Positions 41,603 through 52,055 are shown, counted from the first letter of the stretch. The stretch is DNA of 64,000 bases from an uncultured Verrucomicrobiae bacterium (GCA_963803825.1 CAWDOJ010000003.1:327507-391506); one strand, 5' to 3'. The notes: a model not told the origin generated them from the letters alone. Translations and numbers: made by a program.

Positions 41603-42061
41603 TTAGGCCCGTATCTCATCTCTTATAGCATTAAGTGCCTCGATGGATCGATGAAAAATAAACCAATCGTCTTCGTGACAAAAAGTGATCATCCAATTTC
41701 CACTTTTGTCGATCAAGTTATAGTTGTCTGAACGTCCCTTGGCATCTCGAAAATAAATATTGCTTGGTATCAAGGTCTTGATGTCTTCTGCGCATTCAAT
41801 CTCATATCCCCTGATTCTTATTGGAGTGGAACGCCATCCTGCCATGCCATCATGATAGAGGAATATTTTCTGATTCGAACATCCGAAAGCGGACAATGCA
41901 GCAATAGTCTTCTCTACAAAGCGTTCGACAATCACATCTTCTTCAAGACGAAAATACGGGGATGCGAAAAAACTATTGTAGGTCCATCCGCCACAATCTT
42001 GCCAAGCGGGAATGGCTAAATCCAGAGTTTTGAACATCAGATTTTCGGAAATCGCCTTCAT
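41603..42061 (-). CDS. Hypothetical protein
   Basis: Fills cassette; W.ITFCHE. Confidence 0.75.
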   Translation of the reverse strand: MKAISENLMFKTLDLAIPAWQDCGGWTYNSFFASPYFRLEEDVIVERFVEKTIAALSAFGCSNQKIFLYHDGMAGWRSTPIRIRGYEIECAEDIKTLIPSNIYFRDAKGRSDNYNLIDKSGNWMITFCHEDDWFIFHRSIEALNAIRDEIRA

Positions 42062-42187
42062 TTTATGGCCTAACGTCAAGCTCAGCCACCCTGAGCTTGT
42101 ATAAGGATTAGGCAAACGGAACAACTGCCTGTAGAGGGTTCCTCAACCCCAGCCGCGATAGCGGCTAGGGGTTGGCTGCAGCGCCTT

Positions 42188-42462
42188 GTTCGGATCCGCC
42201 CGTCCGTGGTCCCACTCAGCATCTTATTCGAAGGCATTAAAAGTTTCATTGATTGAATTGATAGAAGCTGGCTTTGATAAATTGTGGGAGCGGGAACTCA
42301 GCTGGTTTCCGATGGCCACACCCTATCTTTCAGCTTGACTTCCGCATTCGAGGACCAATCTGTTTATGCGGCGAATGCGCATACGCAACTCTAACAAAAG
42401 CAGATTGAAAGGCTGTTTGCTGTTCGGTGCGGATATCGCAGTCGATGGGGATAGGTCCGAAC
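42188..42462 (-). other. Gene-less cassette, family B copy 5
   Basis: 275 bp homolog. Confidence 0.8.
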
Positions 42463-42551
42463 GACAAGCTCAGCCACCCCGAACGGGTGACCGAATTCGT
42501 CTGGTGAACAACTGCCTGTGGCGGGTCCGCGCAACCCCAGCCGCGAAGCGG

Positions 42552-42878
42552 CTAGGGGTTGGCTGCAGCGCCTTGTTCGGCCATTTGGGTTCTGATGGCA
42601 ACGTAGCGACCGTAATGAACAAATGCGATTGGCCCGAGGAATAATATGATAGGAAGCAGAGATTGAACTGCAAATAGCGCAATATCGGTGGGGACTTGAA
42701 TATAGGTTACGGTGATGCATGTGATCACCAGAATTATACAAAGGCCTCCAATTGTAAGCGATGAAAATAGGAATCCAGAAGCTGAAGGCTTATTAAACAG
42801 GTCGTAGTGATTGTGTAGTTTATTCATATCAAACGGGCTCGGTGCATGTGAATGTAGGTGGTGTTTCGGAGATCGCAA
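42552..42878 (-). CDS. Small membrane protein or degraded gene
   Basis: 2 TM; start uncertain. Confidence 0.45.
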   Translation of the reverse strand: MRSPKHHLHSHAPSPFDMNKLHNHYDLFNKPSASGFLFSSLTIGGLCIILVITCITVTYIQVPTDIALFAVQSLLPIILFLGPIAFVHYGRYVAIRTQMAEQGAAANP

Positions 42879-43090
42879 TCCTAACTATTCTGGTTTAACG
42901 TGCTTCTGCACAGCACATGATGATCTTATTTTTGGTGCCCTGCCGTATGACTCAACCGTAACAACGACAATGATGAATAAAGCAGTAGTAGAATGCATCT
43001 GCTTTTTTCAGGGCCGAACGTCAAGCTCAGCCACCCCGAACGGGCGACCGGAGACAACTGGTGATCAACTGCCGGTAAATGGTCGCGCAA

Positions 43091-44399
43091 GGCGCTTCAG
43101 GGTTTACAGTGGGAAAAGATCGAGCTTACCGAGGAAGAAGAGAATTCTGGTCCGATAGTTGAGGAAAGAACGGAATCCACGGGCGGCAGACTTGAGGGAT
43201 TGGATTCGTGAATTGAGAGCCTCGGTAGCCGCGTTGGTGATGCGGTGGCTCAGGAAAGTGATGATATTCTCAAAGTGGTTTTTGAGGGTTTTCGCCACCT
43301 TCTTGATGGGCTCGAGTTGAGAGCGGCGAGCCCAGCCATACCAAGCAGCGAAGAACTTGCGGGCATTGGCCTCGTAGCGGAAGTCCCAGAAGCGGCGGAA
43401 GTTTTCCTTGATGGCCCAAGCGCGAGCGCTCTTGAGATCGGAGTGACGCAGTTGAGAAAAGCGGCAGACATCCTCCTCTCTGAGATGATCGGGGTTGTAG
43501 CCGAAGAGGCGCTGGGTGCCCTTGAGGCGTTCGTCTCCCATGGCTTGCAGGCGTTTGTTTTCGGCGCGCACGACCTGGCTCACTGCCTTGTTGAGATGGG
43601 CGCTGATGTGGTAGCGGTCGTGGACCAGATCAGCCTGCGGGGCGTAGTCTGCGACGCTGGCACCAAAATGCCCGCTCATGTCGGCGGCCACGGCTTCCAA
43701 GCCCGCGGTGACATCCTCGGGTAGGCATTGCCAAAGGACTGCCGCGCTCTGCTTGTCGTTGCCGTCAGTGACTTCCAGCACCCGGCTGCCTTCCAGATCA
43801 GTCATGAGCGAAATGTAGCTCTGCCCACCGCCAAAGCTCTTTTCATCGAGTCCGGCGTAGCGCAATCCACTGAGATCGCGACGCTCGAGCCCCCGCTCAA
43901 CGGCCCGTCGCATGATCCCGTGAACTTGATCCCAGCTCAGTCCCAGCAAACGCGCCGCCGAACTCACCGTTGCACACGCTCGGATCACTTCGATGGCAAA
44001 ACGCTCGTAAAGCAGCGTAAAGCGACTGCCCTTTCCCGCCCACGGCACCGGCACGCTTTCCACCCGCCCATCAGGCAACCGCAACCGCGGAACTCGCGCC
44101 GCCAGCAACGTCTCGAACCCGCACGTATCCATGTGCTTCCAGAAGCGCTCGACATGGTCATGGCACGGAAGTCGATGCTCTCCATCCTCACTGGCCCACA
44201 ATGTCCCCCGCTCATACCCGAGCCGGACCACCACCCGCTTCTCACTCACGGCCAAGTCGACTCCTTCAACCACCCACGGACTCTTCAATCCCAAGATCTG
44301 CGCGTAAAACTCTGTATCCTTCATCGCACTCCTTCCTACCCGCATCCATCCTCTCCGTTCAAACCCTCTTCAGTTTCCCACTACAATCTCGGAGGAGCC
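43091..44399 (-). mobile_element. ISL3-family IS, copy 4, inserted in attC
   Basis: TSD TCGCGCAA; splits attC 43017-44450. Confidence 0.95.
43104..44345 (-). CDS. ISL3 transposase
   Basis: 413 aa, near identical to other copies. Confidence 0.95.
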   Translation of the reverse strand: MRVGRSAMKDTEFYAQILGLKSPWVVEGVDLAVSEKRVVVRLGYERGTLWASEDGEHRLPCHDHVERFWKHMDTCGFETLLAARVPRLRLPDGRVESVPVPWAGKGSRFTLLYERFAIEVIRACATVSSAARLLGLSWDQVHGIMRRAVERGLERRDLSGLRYAGLDEKSFGGGQSYISLMTDLEGSRVLEVTDGNDKQSAAVLWQCLPEDVTAGLEAVAADMSGHFGASVADYAPQADLVHDRYHISAHLNKAVSQVVRAENKRLQAMGDERLKGTQRLFGYNPDHLREEDVCRFSQLRHSDLKSARAWAIKENFRRFWDFRYEANARKFFAAWYGWARRSQLEPIKKVAKTLKNHFENIITFLSHRITNAATEALNSRIQSLKSAARGFRSFLNYRTRILFFLGKLDLFPL

Positions 44400-44455
44400 T
44401 CGCGCAACCCCAGGAGCGAAGCGGATAGGGGTTGGCTGCAGCGCCTTGTTCGGCA

Positions 44456-44896
44456 TCATTCTGTCGGAGTTGGAAGATCACGAATCAATACTCGCTGAGG
44501 AATCACCGCTATCTTCCTTGGGGTTACAGGAAAATAGAACCATTCCGGAGGTGGAGCTTCGATAAACACTGTCACAATGTTGATGTTGTCGGCCAACTGC
44601 ATCGTCCAAAGTGAATCGGCAACTGGCTCAAATTCTGATTTGAACTCATCGGGAACGTAAATTAATAAACCTTCTCCTGTAGTATCTCCTTCTTTTGATG
44701 CTTTTTCGATATAAGCGAGGATCTCGTGCCAAGGCGTTTCCTCAAATCTGAATTTTTTTATGGTGATATTCTTTGCGACGTCCATCCAATCGTCCGCGTA
44801 GGCCTCGGATGCCGTAAAACTGTATGTAGTGTTTTCCTCGGCGCTGCACATCGTAGAGGACAGAGTGACTAAGAAGACTATCAATCGAGTTTTCAT
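44456..44896 (-). CDS. Secreted acidic hypothetical protein
   Basis: Signal peptide. Confidence 0.75.
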   Translation of the reverse strand: MKTRLIVFLVTLSSTMCSAEENTTYSFTASEAYADDWMDVAKNITIKKFRFEETPWHEILAYIEKASKEGDTTGEGLLIYVPDEFKSEFEPVADSLWTMQLADNINIVTVFIEAPPPEWFYFPVTPRKIAVIPQRVLIRDLPTPTE

Positions 44897-45029
44897 TTTT
44901 TTGCCGAACGTCAAGCTCAGCCACCCCGAACGGGCGGTCTGAGGCTACTGGTGATCAACTGCCGGTTGGAGGTCCGCGCAACCCCAGGAGCGGAGCGGAT
45001 AGGGGTTGGCTGCAGCGCCTTGTTAGACA

Positions 45030-45584
45030 TCATTTGCGTTGGAGATAGAATGCAACAACAGTCACATCTTCCGATAGTTGAAGCGTCTCTTCTACTGATT
45101 TTCCTATCCTGTATTCTCCAGAAAGGTTGCAGAGCATGATGAATAACAACGACTTCTCTGATTCGGAAATTGTGGGTTTGAACGACTTGAATACGGTTCT
45201 GTGCAAATCCAATAAGCCGTCCTCAATCTCAAGATGCGTAGTTGAAACTCCTGTATTCCATTCAAGGGTCCACGTCAGATCGTAATGAGTAGAATTCGTA
45301 TCCTTTGGTTTAAAAAATAGCGCTGAGCGAAATTGAATATCCTGCATCTCTGCAGACGCGTTGTAGCTACAACGCAAAGATCTCACGATTTTTCCTCCGT
45401 GATATATTTCAGCAATTAAGTCAATTTGCTCGGCTTGAGTGGCACTCGTAACGGAAATATAAAAAGGAGCGATTCCGAACGCTTGGGTCAGATCGTCCCA
45501 GCGAGCGCCTTGGACGTCGATTGTGTCGCAGGTCGCTGTGTGAATCAGGGAACTGAGTAGTAATGCGATTCTGAGGTATTTCAT
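45030..45584 (-). CDS. Secreted hypothetical protein
   Basis: Signal peptide; C-terminus similar to 3-191. Confidence 0.75.
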   Translation of the reverse strand: MKYLRIALLLSSLIHTATCDTIDVQGARWDDLTQAFGIAPFYISVTSATQAEQIDLIAEIYHGGKIVRSLRCSYNASAEMQDIQFRSALFFKPKDTNSTHYDLTWTLEWNTGVSTTHLEIEDGLLDLHRTVFKSFKPTISESEKSLLFIMLCNLSGEYRIGKSVEETLQLSEDVTVVAFYLQRK

Positions 45585-45709
45585 AAATTGTCTAACGTCA
45601 AGCTCAGCCACCCTGAGCGGGCAACCGAGCCAACCCCACGGTGAGCTGCCAATAGCGGGAACGAGCAACCCCAGCCAGCGGAGCGGCTAGGGGTTGGCTG
45701 CAGCGCCTT

Positions 45710-46374
45710 GTTAGGCCCGAGGGCGATCTGCTACCCCGGACAATCTTGAACTCCAATGAGCCAACCCCGGATCTGATCTGCGAAGCACATATTCTCATCG
45801 GCTTACGAAGATAGAAAACCTCAATTCTTATCAAAAAAATTCGACCTGCGGTGCTTTCTCGTTTTGGAATCGATGACGTTATCGCCTGTCAGTGAATTGA
45901 GCTGCGAGCGGGTCGAAAGCGCAAGTCATCCGCCGGAGGCTATCTTGTGGGAGATCGGGTGGAAGCGGAGGGATCAAATTACGCTCAATGGAGCCGATCT
46001 GGTCATGAATGGCTCTGCAGGCATGAGCTGATGGGCGGTCGATCGAGAAAAGTGCAGCGTTGTCCGATTGCGAGGTCGTCATGGTCGCTGCTCTGAGCGG
46101 GCCATGATGACCGGTCGATCTACAAGGCATGAATATCCAACTTCCCAGCGTCAGGTGATAGCGCATTACCCGGACTTGCTCGAACAACAGGTGGATCGAT
46201 TTGTGGGCGTCTTGGGCAGATGATGCGAGCCGATCTGGAGTGATCCGGGGGATGAGAGGGTGAAAGGGCTGTCCCTCCGGGTCAGCTCCAGATCGGCGGT
46301 CGAAAATCCCGAGAACTTCCGCCTCCCGATGTATAAATATCTGATCCGCCGGAGGCTCACTGGTATGGCCTAAC
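45710..46374 (-). other. Probably gene-less cassette (665 bp)
   Basis: The only long ORF starts inside attC and looks spurious; carries two hairpin motifs. Confidence 0.5.
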
Positions 46375-46625
46375 GTCAAGCTCAGTCACCCCGAACGGGC
46401 GTGCGAGCTACGGGTTGTGATCTACGGGAGGAAGACCTTGGATGAACGCTGGCAGCGGAGCGGCTAGGGGTTGGCTGCAGCGCCTTGTTAGGCTGTATTT
46501 TTGACTCGTAGGCGTTGGAAAAACTCGAGAAACTTCGGCTGATCGGTGTAAACTAAACCAGAAAATGCATAGTATGCGTGACTGAGAGGAAGGAGCATAT
46601 ACCAAGGCCGGGATCAGTAACGACC

Positions 46626-46952
46626 TCATTGTCTAGGCTGTTTTGTTCGTTTGATATTCCTCTGAATTTTAGAAATTAGCCAAAGAGTTGGAACTACAAC
46701 TACGATCCATGTCACCAAAGTGATCATTCCAAACATGAAAATCTGAGTGAAATCATTCTCAGGCATTGATGTGATGTTGATTTGCTGAATGATGAGGACG
46801 CCGGGGAGGTTTATGAGAAATGCGAATATCGCTGATAAATACGCGAATGCTCCCCAGTAGCTACCAGATGAAGGGAGGTGCCCGAAACCATACAATACAA
46901 ATGCTAAAAACGGATGGATCAGCGAAATAGCAAGCCAACGTGGGATATCCAT
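46626..46952 (-). CDS. 3-TM hypothetical protein
   Basis: At cassette start. Confidence 0.7.
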   Translation of the reverse strand: MDIPRWLAISLIHPFLAFVLYGFGHLPSSGSYWGAFAYLSAIFAFLINLPGVLIIQQINITSMPENDFTQIFMFGMITLVTWIVVVVPTLWLISKIQRNIKRTKQPRQ

Positions 46953-47094
46953 AATTTAAGCCTAACGTCAAGCTCAGCCACCCTGAGCGGGCGACCAAGC
47001 CAACCCCCAGGTGAGCTGCCGGTAACGGGTTCGAGCAACCCCAGCCAGCGAAGCGGCTAGGGGTTGGCTGCAGCGCCTTGTTGGGCACGCATTT

Positions 47095-47352
47095 TTAGAG
47101 CGGTGCGATGGGGAGAAGCGGCTTTTCCTGTCTCGCGCGGTTCCAGTCCTCACGCAATTCATCAAGATGTTGGATCCTCCATTCGTCGACAAGTTGAAGC
47201 GCCTTTTTTGGGAGGCTACCTTCGTAGATCAGTCCGGTCTCAATCTCGATGAGTGCTTCGTGCTCACCGTAGATTGCATGAAAATGAGTTGGTGGGTGAT
47301 CTCGGTAGTAGAACCGAATTCGGATCCCGTAGAATCTGCTTACTTCAGGCAT
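47095..47352 (-). CDS. DUF4160 protein (putative toxin)
   Basis: MP.VSRFYGI.I.FYY.DH.P.HFHA.YG..A. Confidence 0.9.
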   Translation of the reverse strand: MPEVSRFYGIRIRFYYRDHPPTHFHAIYGEHEALIEIETGLIYEGSLPKKALQLVDEWRIQHLDELREDWNRARQEKPLLPIAPL

Positions 47353-47605
47353 GTTGCACTTCTGATGAGATTGCTCCTGTAATCTCACGGTATGCAGCAT
47401 CTGAGCATATCTCAAGGTCTTCAGACCATGCGATCTGTCCGAACTCTCCGATATGAACTGTGTTGAAGAATGCGTGGTCTGATAATGAACAGAATACACC
47501 AGATCGAACAGAATCAGACATATCAATCTGCCCCGTTGTGCCATCGGGATACGATACTTCGACCTTGTAATCGGGAAGGGGAGTCACTTTGTATGGTCTT
47601 TTCAT
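47345..47605 (-). CDS. DUF2442 protein (putative antitoxin)
   Basis: V.PL.DYK.EV.Y.DG..G.ID...GVF..L.D..FF..V...I.W...EIC.D..Y. Confidence 0.85.
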   Translation of the reverse strand: MKRPYKVTPLPDYKVEVSYPDGTTGQIDMSDSVRSGVFCSLSDHAFFNTVHIGEFGQIAWSEDLEICSDAAYREITGAISSEVQHA

Positions 47606-47830
47606 GCGTCTATATGGTTATACTGATCGCCCGCATTTGAGAAGCTACAGTTTCTCAAGAGGCCGTGGGTGAAGACGGATTGCATTTCTCATCCGTCGGA
47701 GACTGCCCAACGTCAAGCTCAGCCACCCCGAACGGGCGATCAAGCCAACCTTGAGGTGAGCTGCCAGTAGCGGGACCGAGCAACCCCAGCCAGCGAAGCG
47801 GCTAGGGGTTGGCTGCAGCGCCTTGTTAGG

Positions 47831-48325
47831 CTAATTCCCTTCGCGATCAAGATACCGAAGCAAAATCCCAAGGAAAGTAATCATGAATGTTATTCCATAA
47901 ACGCTGGTGAGAATGGTGAAGAAATATCCTTCGTTAGACGTGGGATGAATGTCGCCATACCCGAGGGTCGTGAATGTCGCTACGACGAAATATAGATACG
48001 TAAGATTAGAAAATGAGCCGTCTGGAATGGTTATGATGGAAGGGTATGCAACTAATATAGCGCTCAAAAGCATGCAGTATAGAAGTGATGTTGCGGCCGT
48101 GATCAAAGCTAAAACTGGAATATGGGGATTCCTGTCGAGTAGACCAAAGTCAATCCACGTTAGAGAGAGTAAGAAAATAAGAAATGGAACCGGAGTAAAG
48201 ATATAAACCGGCCAAATTGCGGTAGGCGATTTGACACAATATAGCCCGACGAAAAATAGAATCGTTCCAATTACAGTGAACGTGCTAGAGCGCGGTTTTA
48301 ACCACATGTAGAATTTTGCGATCAT
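47831..48325 (-). CDS. Potassium channel pore-domain protein
   Basis: YF.V.TFTTLGYGDIHP. Confidence 0.88.
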   Translation of the reverse strand: MIAKFYMWLKPRSSTFTVIGTILFFVGLYCVKSPTAIWPVYIFTPVPFLIFLLSLTWIDFGLLDRNPHIPVLALITAATSLLYCMLLSAILVAYPSIITIPDGSFSNLTYLYFVVATFTTLGYGDIHPTSNEGYFFTILTSVYGITFMITFLGILLRYLDREGN

Positions 48326-48462
48326 ATAATCAAAGCCTAACGTCAAGCTCAGCCACCCTGAACGGATGACCGAGCCAACCTTGAGGTGAGCTGCCAATAG
48401 CGGGACCGAGCAACCCCAGCCAGCGAAGCGGCTAGGGGTTGGCTGCAGCGCCTTGTTGGGCC

Positions 48463-48696
48463 TCAGGCGGTTGCAAGCTGAACCTTCAAAGTATGGCCTC
48501 GGGTATGAAGCGGGATGATCTGGTCCGAGGAAAGAGTATGAAGACCATAAACGTTGCCCACGTCATCGCAAAATTCGACTTCGTAGGCATCATTGAGTAG
48601 TTCAACAACGGCACCGATCTCCCCAGCTTGGAGTCCAAGAATCGGGAGGTCGTCGCTGACCGCGACTGTATCCAAGAGGGCTATGGTCCGGGTCAT
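48463..48696 (-). CDS. DUF4926 protein (identical to 28018)
   Basis: Identical translation. Confidence 0.85.
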   Translation of the reverse strand: MTRTIALLDTVAVSDDLPILGLQAGEIGAVVELLNDAYEVEFCDDVGNVYGLHTLSSDQIIPLHTRGHTLKVQLATA

Positions 48697-48697
48697 G

Positions 48698-49036
48698 CTA
48701 TTTTCGTAACACGTAAGCGGTTGTCAGTCGAGGAAAGTTCTCGTGAGTTCTGATCATCCACGCAGTCCGTATGGTGGCTGATTGGCGGGAACGAGTGACG
48801 AGCACATCGATGTAGAATCGCTGACCATGCATATCTGATTTTCCGGAAACTGTCGAAGATGATGGCAGAGAAGCGTATATCTGATCCCGTAACCACTCAG
48901 CGTCTACCGCGTGGAGACCAAGTGCCGATGCAAAAACGCGTGCTTTGTGGCGTCCTACCGGATGAAGCGGCGACAAACTGTATTCCCGAAGCTTCTGGAT
49001 ATCGATGAGGGCATTCTGCAGATTCGGTAGACGCAC
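48698..49036 (-). CDS. DUF6883-like protein (identical to 28253)
   Basis: Identical translation. Confidence 0.85.
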   Translation of the reverse strand: MRLPNLQNALIDIQKLREYSLSPLHPVGRHKARVFASALGLHAVDAEWLRDQIYASLPSSSTVSGKSDMHGQRFYIDVLVTRSRQSATIRTAWMIRTHENFPRLTTAYVLRK

Positions 49037-49211
49037 GAGAAAGTGGCACCCTGTATTACTTATTTAGGGCCGAACGTCGAGCTCAGCCACCCCGAACGGG
49101 GGACCGAACTCTCAGCTTGGTGTGATGGAAGGGACGGAAGTCAGAACAACGGTGCAGGGTAGCGGCTAGGGGTTGGCTGCAGCGCCTTGTTCGGTCTGTA
49201 TTGAAATCGTG

Positions 49212-49580
49212 TTATTGCATTGATCTTGGATAATAGGATTGCAATTGATTCGTGCGATACCGGTCGACGCGGTTTGATTGGCGTCTAACCTTATCAGTAT
49301 TATCGTCAATTAACTTCAGATAAATTGGAGTTTGAAGTTGTTTTTCCGAGGCCTTTGTAATTTGTATTCTGTTTTTTTGAGCGAGCAGAAGCGGATTTGT
49401 TGAATCCAGAACAAGTGCTTCGTCTATTGCTTTTTCAGATTTATCAAAATCACTTTTTTCGAAAAGCGTCATCGAGGTCCGTAAGAGATCAAACGTCTGG
49501 GCTTGCGTTGCCATATCGTCGGCAACTGCTGTAGTCAATCCGATGAGCAAGGATGAAACGAAAAGTGCGAGCGTCTTCAT
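49212..49580 (-). CDS. Secreted protein with TPR-like helix pair
   Basis: F.KSE.AIDEAL.LDSTN. Confidence 0.7.
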   Translation of the reverse strand: MKTLALFVSSLLIGLTTAVADDMATQAQTFDLLRTSMTLFEKSDFDKSEKAIDEALVLDSTNPLLLAQKNRIQITKASEKQLQTPIYLKLIDDNTDKVRRQSNRVDRYRTNQLQSYYPRSMQ

Positions 49581-49722
49581 GATTATTGTGACCGAACGTC
49601 AAGCTCAGCCACCCCGAACGGGCAACCGGATGGAACTGGTGACCAACTGCCGATTACGTGACCGCGCAACCCCAGGAGCGAAGCGGATAGGGGTTGGCTG
49701 CAGCGCCTTGTTCGGCACGCAT

Positions 49723-50067
49723 TCAGATTTTTGGAGCAGCTGCCAACACATTTTGGGTCTTCGGGAATTTGTCGTAGTCCGACGGATTCGAAAATCCCAT
49801 GCAGTTTACGACTGAAATCTGAACTTCGTAGTCTTCCTTAGATAAAGCGTCAGCGAAAGCGGAGTCCCCGACAATTTTAAGTTGCTGATGCAGAATTTCA
49901 CCCAAAGTTTTATAGGCTCCAGAATAAAAGGATGTTCTTTCAAATGCGTCCGCACTTACGAAATATAAATGCAGTTCGTCTTCGTAAGAAGGTGAAGCAA
50001 CATTTGGAGTTGCGCATGAAACTAATAATGCAGTCCATGCGAGAACGCAGAAGATGTTTGAGGTCAT
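49723..50067 (-). CDS. Lipoprotein
   Basis: LLVSC lipobox. Confidence 0.75.
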   Translation of the reverse strand: MTSNIFCVLAWTALLVSCATPNVASPSYEDELHLYFVSADAFERTSFYSGAYKTLGEILHQQLKIVGDSAFADALSKEDYEVQISVVNCMGFSNPSDYDKFPKTQNVLAAAPKI

Positions 50068-50207
50068 ATTTATAGTGCCGAACGTCAAGCTCAGCCACCC
50101 CGAACGGGCTTGCGAGCTATGGGTTGTGATCTGCTGGAGGAAAACCGTGGGGGAAGGCTGTCTGCGGCGCGGCTAGGGGTTGGCTGCAGCGCCTTGTTAG
50201 CCTGCAT

Positions 50208-50591
50208 TTATAGCTCTTTCCTGATTACCTTTATAATTTCACCACTGGGTGGTTGCCGGGTTTCTTCAATAAGCGTTGGCTGGCCGTCTAGTGAAACGCG
50301 AATATACTTGTACGTCCTAGGTCCCGGAAGTTCGCCGATCTTCACCCGAATCTTTCTCGGATTTGGCTCAAAATACGCTCTGTAATGATCACTTGGATCT
50401 TCCGGTCTTGCAGGCAGATAGGCGATATATCGGAAGAAATGATCTTTTGGCAAATTAAGGCTCTTTATGCCCGCTTCGGCAATTATTGCGGCCTTAACGA
50501 GAGATAAAGATGGGGGTTCCTTTGGTTGGGCGAGTATCTGCTCGCCCAGTCCCAAAAATAGAAAAAAGAGAAGCGCTGGAATAGTTTTCAT
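50208..50591 (-). CDS. Secreted hypothetical protein
   Basis: Signal peptide. Confidence 0.75.
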   Translation of the reverse strand: MKTIPALLFFLFLGLGEQILAQPKEPPSLSLVKAAIIAEAGIKSLNLPKDHFFRYIAYLPARPEDPSDHYRAYFEPNPRKIRVKIGELPGPRTYKYIRVSLDGQPTLIEETRQPPSGEIIKVIRKEL

Positions 50592-50713
50592 AGGCTAACG
50601 TCAAGCTCAGCCACCCTGAACGTGGTTAAGAGTTTGGCGTGGTAGTCTGCTGCAGGACAGGCGTCCGAGCAACCCTAGCCGCGAAGCGGGTAAGGGTTGG
50701 CTGCAGCGCCTTG

Positions 50714-51232
50714 TTAGCCCGCATTCTTTCTCTTGAGCGCTGAATCGATGCTATCGGAAATGATGGAGATATCGGTTTGTTCTGTCTCGGATTCTTTGGT
50801 CGGCCAATACACAGAGTTATTCTCAATTGTCTGAATACTGAGTCGATCAAAAGGGACGAACTTCAAGTGGCCTCGAATTTGAAGAATCGTAAAAAATCGT
50901 CCTTCCTTAAGATGCCAATGGGCGTTGAGTGGAGAAACACTTCCGTCGTCAAAAATGGCATTCGGATCTATCGCATAAATCACAATCTTTTCAGGAATGG
51001 TGCCAGATATGGTGAAGTTCTGGTAAAGATTGTCTTCGATCGTCGCGAAGGCGCTTTGTATATAGATACCTTCAGGGGTAGAAGCTGTATGCACCTTCTC
51101 AATATGAATGACCGCGATTAGAGAAGCTGTCTCGATATATTGCTCAGTCGACATCCATGCCCACGTTGTCGCAAAAGTCGACTGTGCCCCAAGGGCGAAG
51201 AATATGAAGAACCGCAATATCAGGATTTTCAT
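50714..51232 (-). CDS. Secreted hypothetical protein
   Basis: Signal peptide; fills cassette. Confidence 0.75.
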   Translation of the reverse strand: MKILILRFFIFFALGAQSTFATTWAWMSTEQYIETASLIAVIHIEKVHTASTPEGIYIQSAFATIEDNLYQNFTISGTIPEKIVIYAIDPNAIFDDGSVSPLNAHWHLKEGRFFTILQIRGHLKFVPFDRLSIQTIENNSVYWPTKESETEQTDISIISDSIDSALKRKNAG

Positions 51233-51362
51233 GGGCTAACGTCAAGCTCAGCCACCCTGAGCGGACGGCCAAGCCAACCTTGAGGTGAACTGCCGGTAGC
51301 GGGACCGAGCAAACCCAGCCAGCGAAGCGGCTAGGGGTTGGCTGCAGCGCCTTGTTAGGTCC

Positions 51363-52055
51363 TCACCCTTCCTCTCTGGCCTTCGTCAACGCTGATGCTA
51401 CGATTCCCACCGGAACGGCAATAACACCAAGTCCTATTGTAAGAATCAGGAATGTGAAGACCTTCCCGAGCGGAGTGATGGGATAAATATCTCCGTAGCC
51501 AACTGTTGTTAAAGTTTCGAGCGCCCACCATAGACTATCGAATACGGAACTGAATACCTCAGGTTGAACTGAATTCTCGCAATAGTAGATCCCGACCGCA
51601 GAAAGAAACAATAGAATTAGGGCTGTGGATCCGAATAGGATTAGTTCCTCTTTAGCAATGATGAATGCGCGATGATAGCGCTGTGCCGCTGCGCTATATC
51701 GCGCGAGCTTAAGAATGCGGAAAAGTCGGAGAAGTCTGAATGCACGCAACGAACGAAGATCGACGCCGAGACTGAGATAAAATGGAATGATTGCTAGTAG
51801 ATCGACGATCCCGAAAAAGCTGAAAATATACGCCTTTCGTGGTCTCGATAGTGCTATCCTCGCAATATACTCAACTGTAAAAACTATAATCGAGAAGACT
51901 TCGAATGCAAAAAGCGTCTTTCGGAAAGGTGCGGATAAGTTGGGGAGCGTCTCCAGTGCGAAGTCCGCGAGCGACAACACAATTACTAGCTGAAAGAAAT
52001 ATTCGAGTTTTCCAAAACGGACTCGACCGTTCGAGTCGTGCGTATACATATTCAT
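51363..52055 (-). CDS. Voltage-gated potassium channel / ion transporter
   Basis: S4 LRSLRAFRLLRLFRILKLARY; TLTTVGYGDIYP. Confidence 0.93.
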   Translation of the reverse strand: MNMYTHDSNGRVRFGKLEYFFQLVIVLSLADFALETLPNLSAPFRKTLFAFEVFSIIVFTVEYIARIALSRPRKAYIFSFFGIVDLLAIIPFYLSLGVDLRSLRAFRLLRLFRILKLARYSAAAQRYHRAFIIAKEELILFGSTALILLFLSAVGIYYCENSVQPEVFSSVFDSLWWALETLTTVGYGDIYPITPLGKVFTFLILTIGLGVIAVPVGIVASALTKAREEG

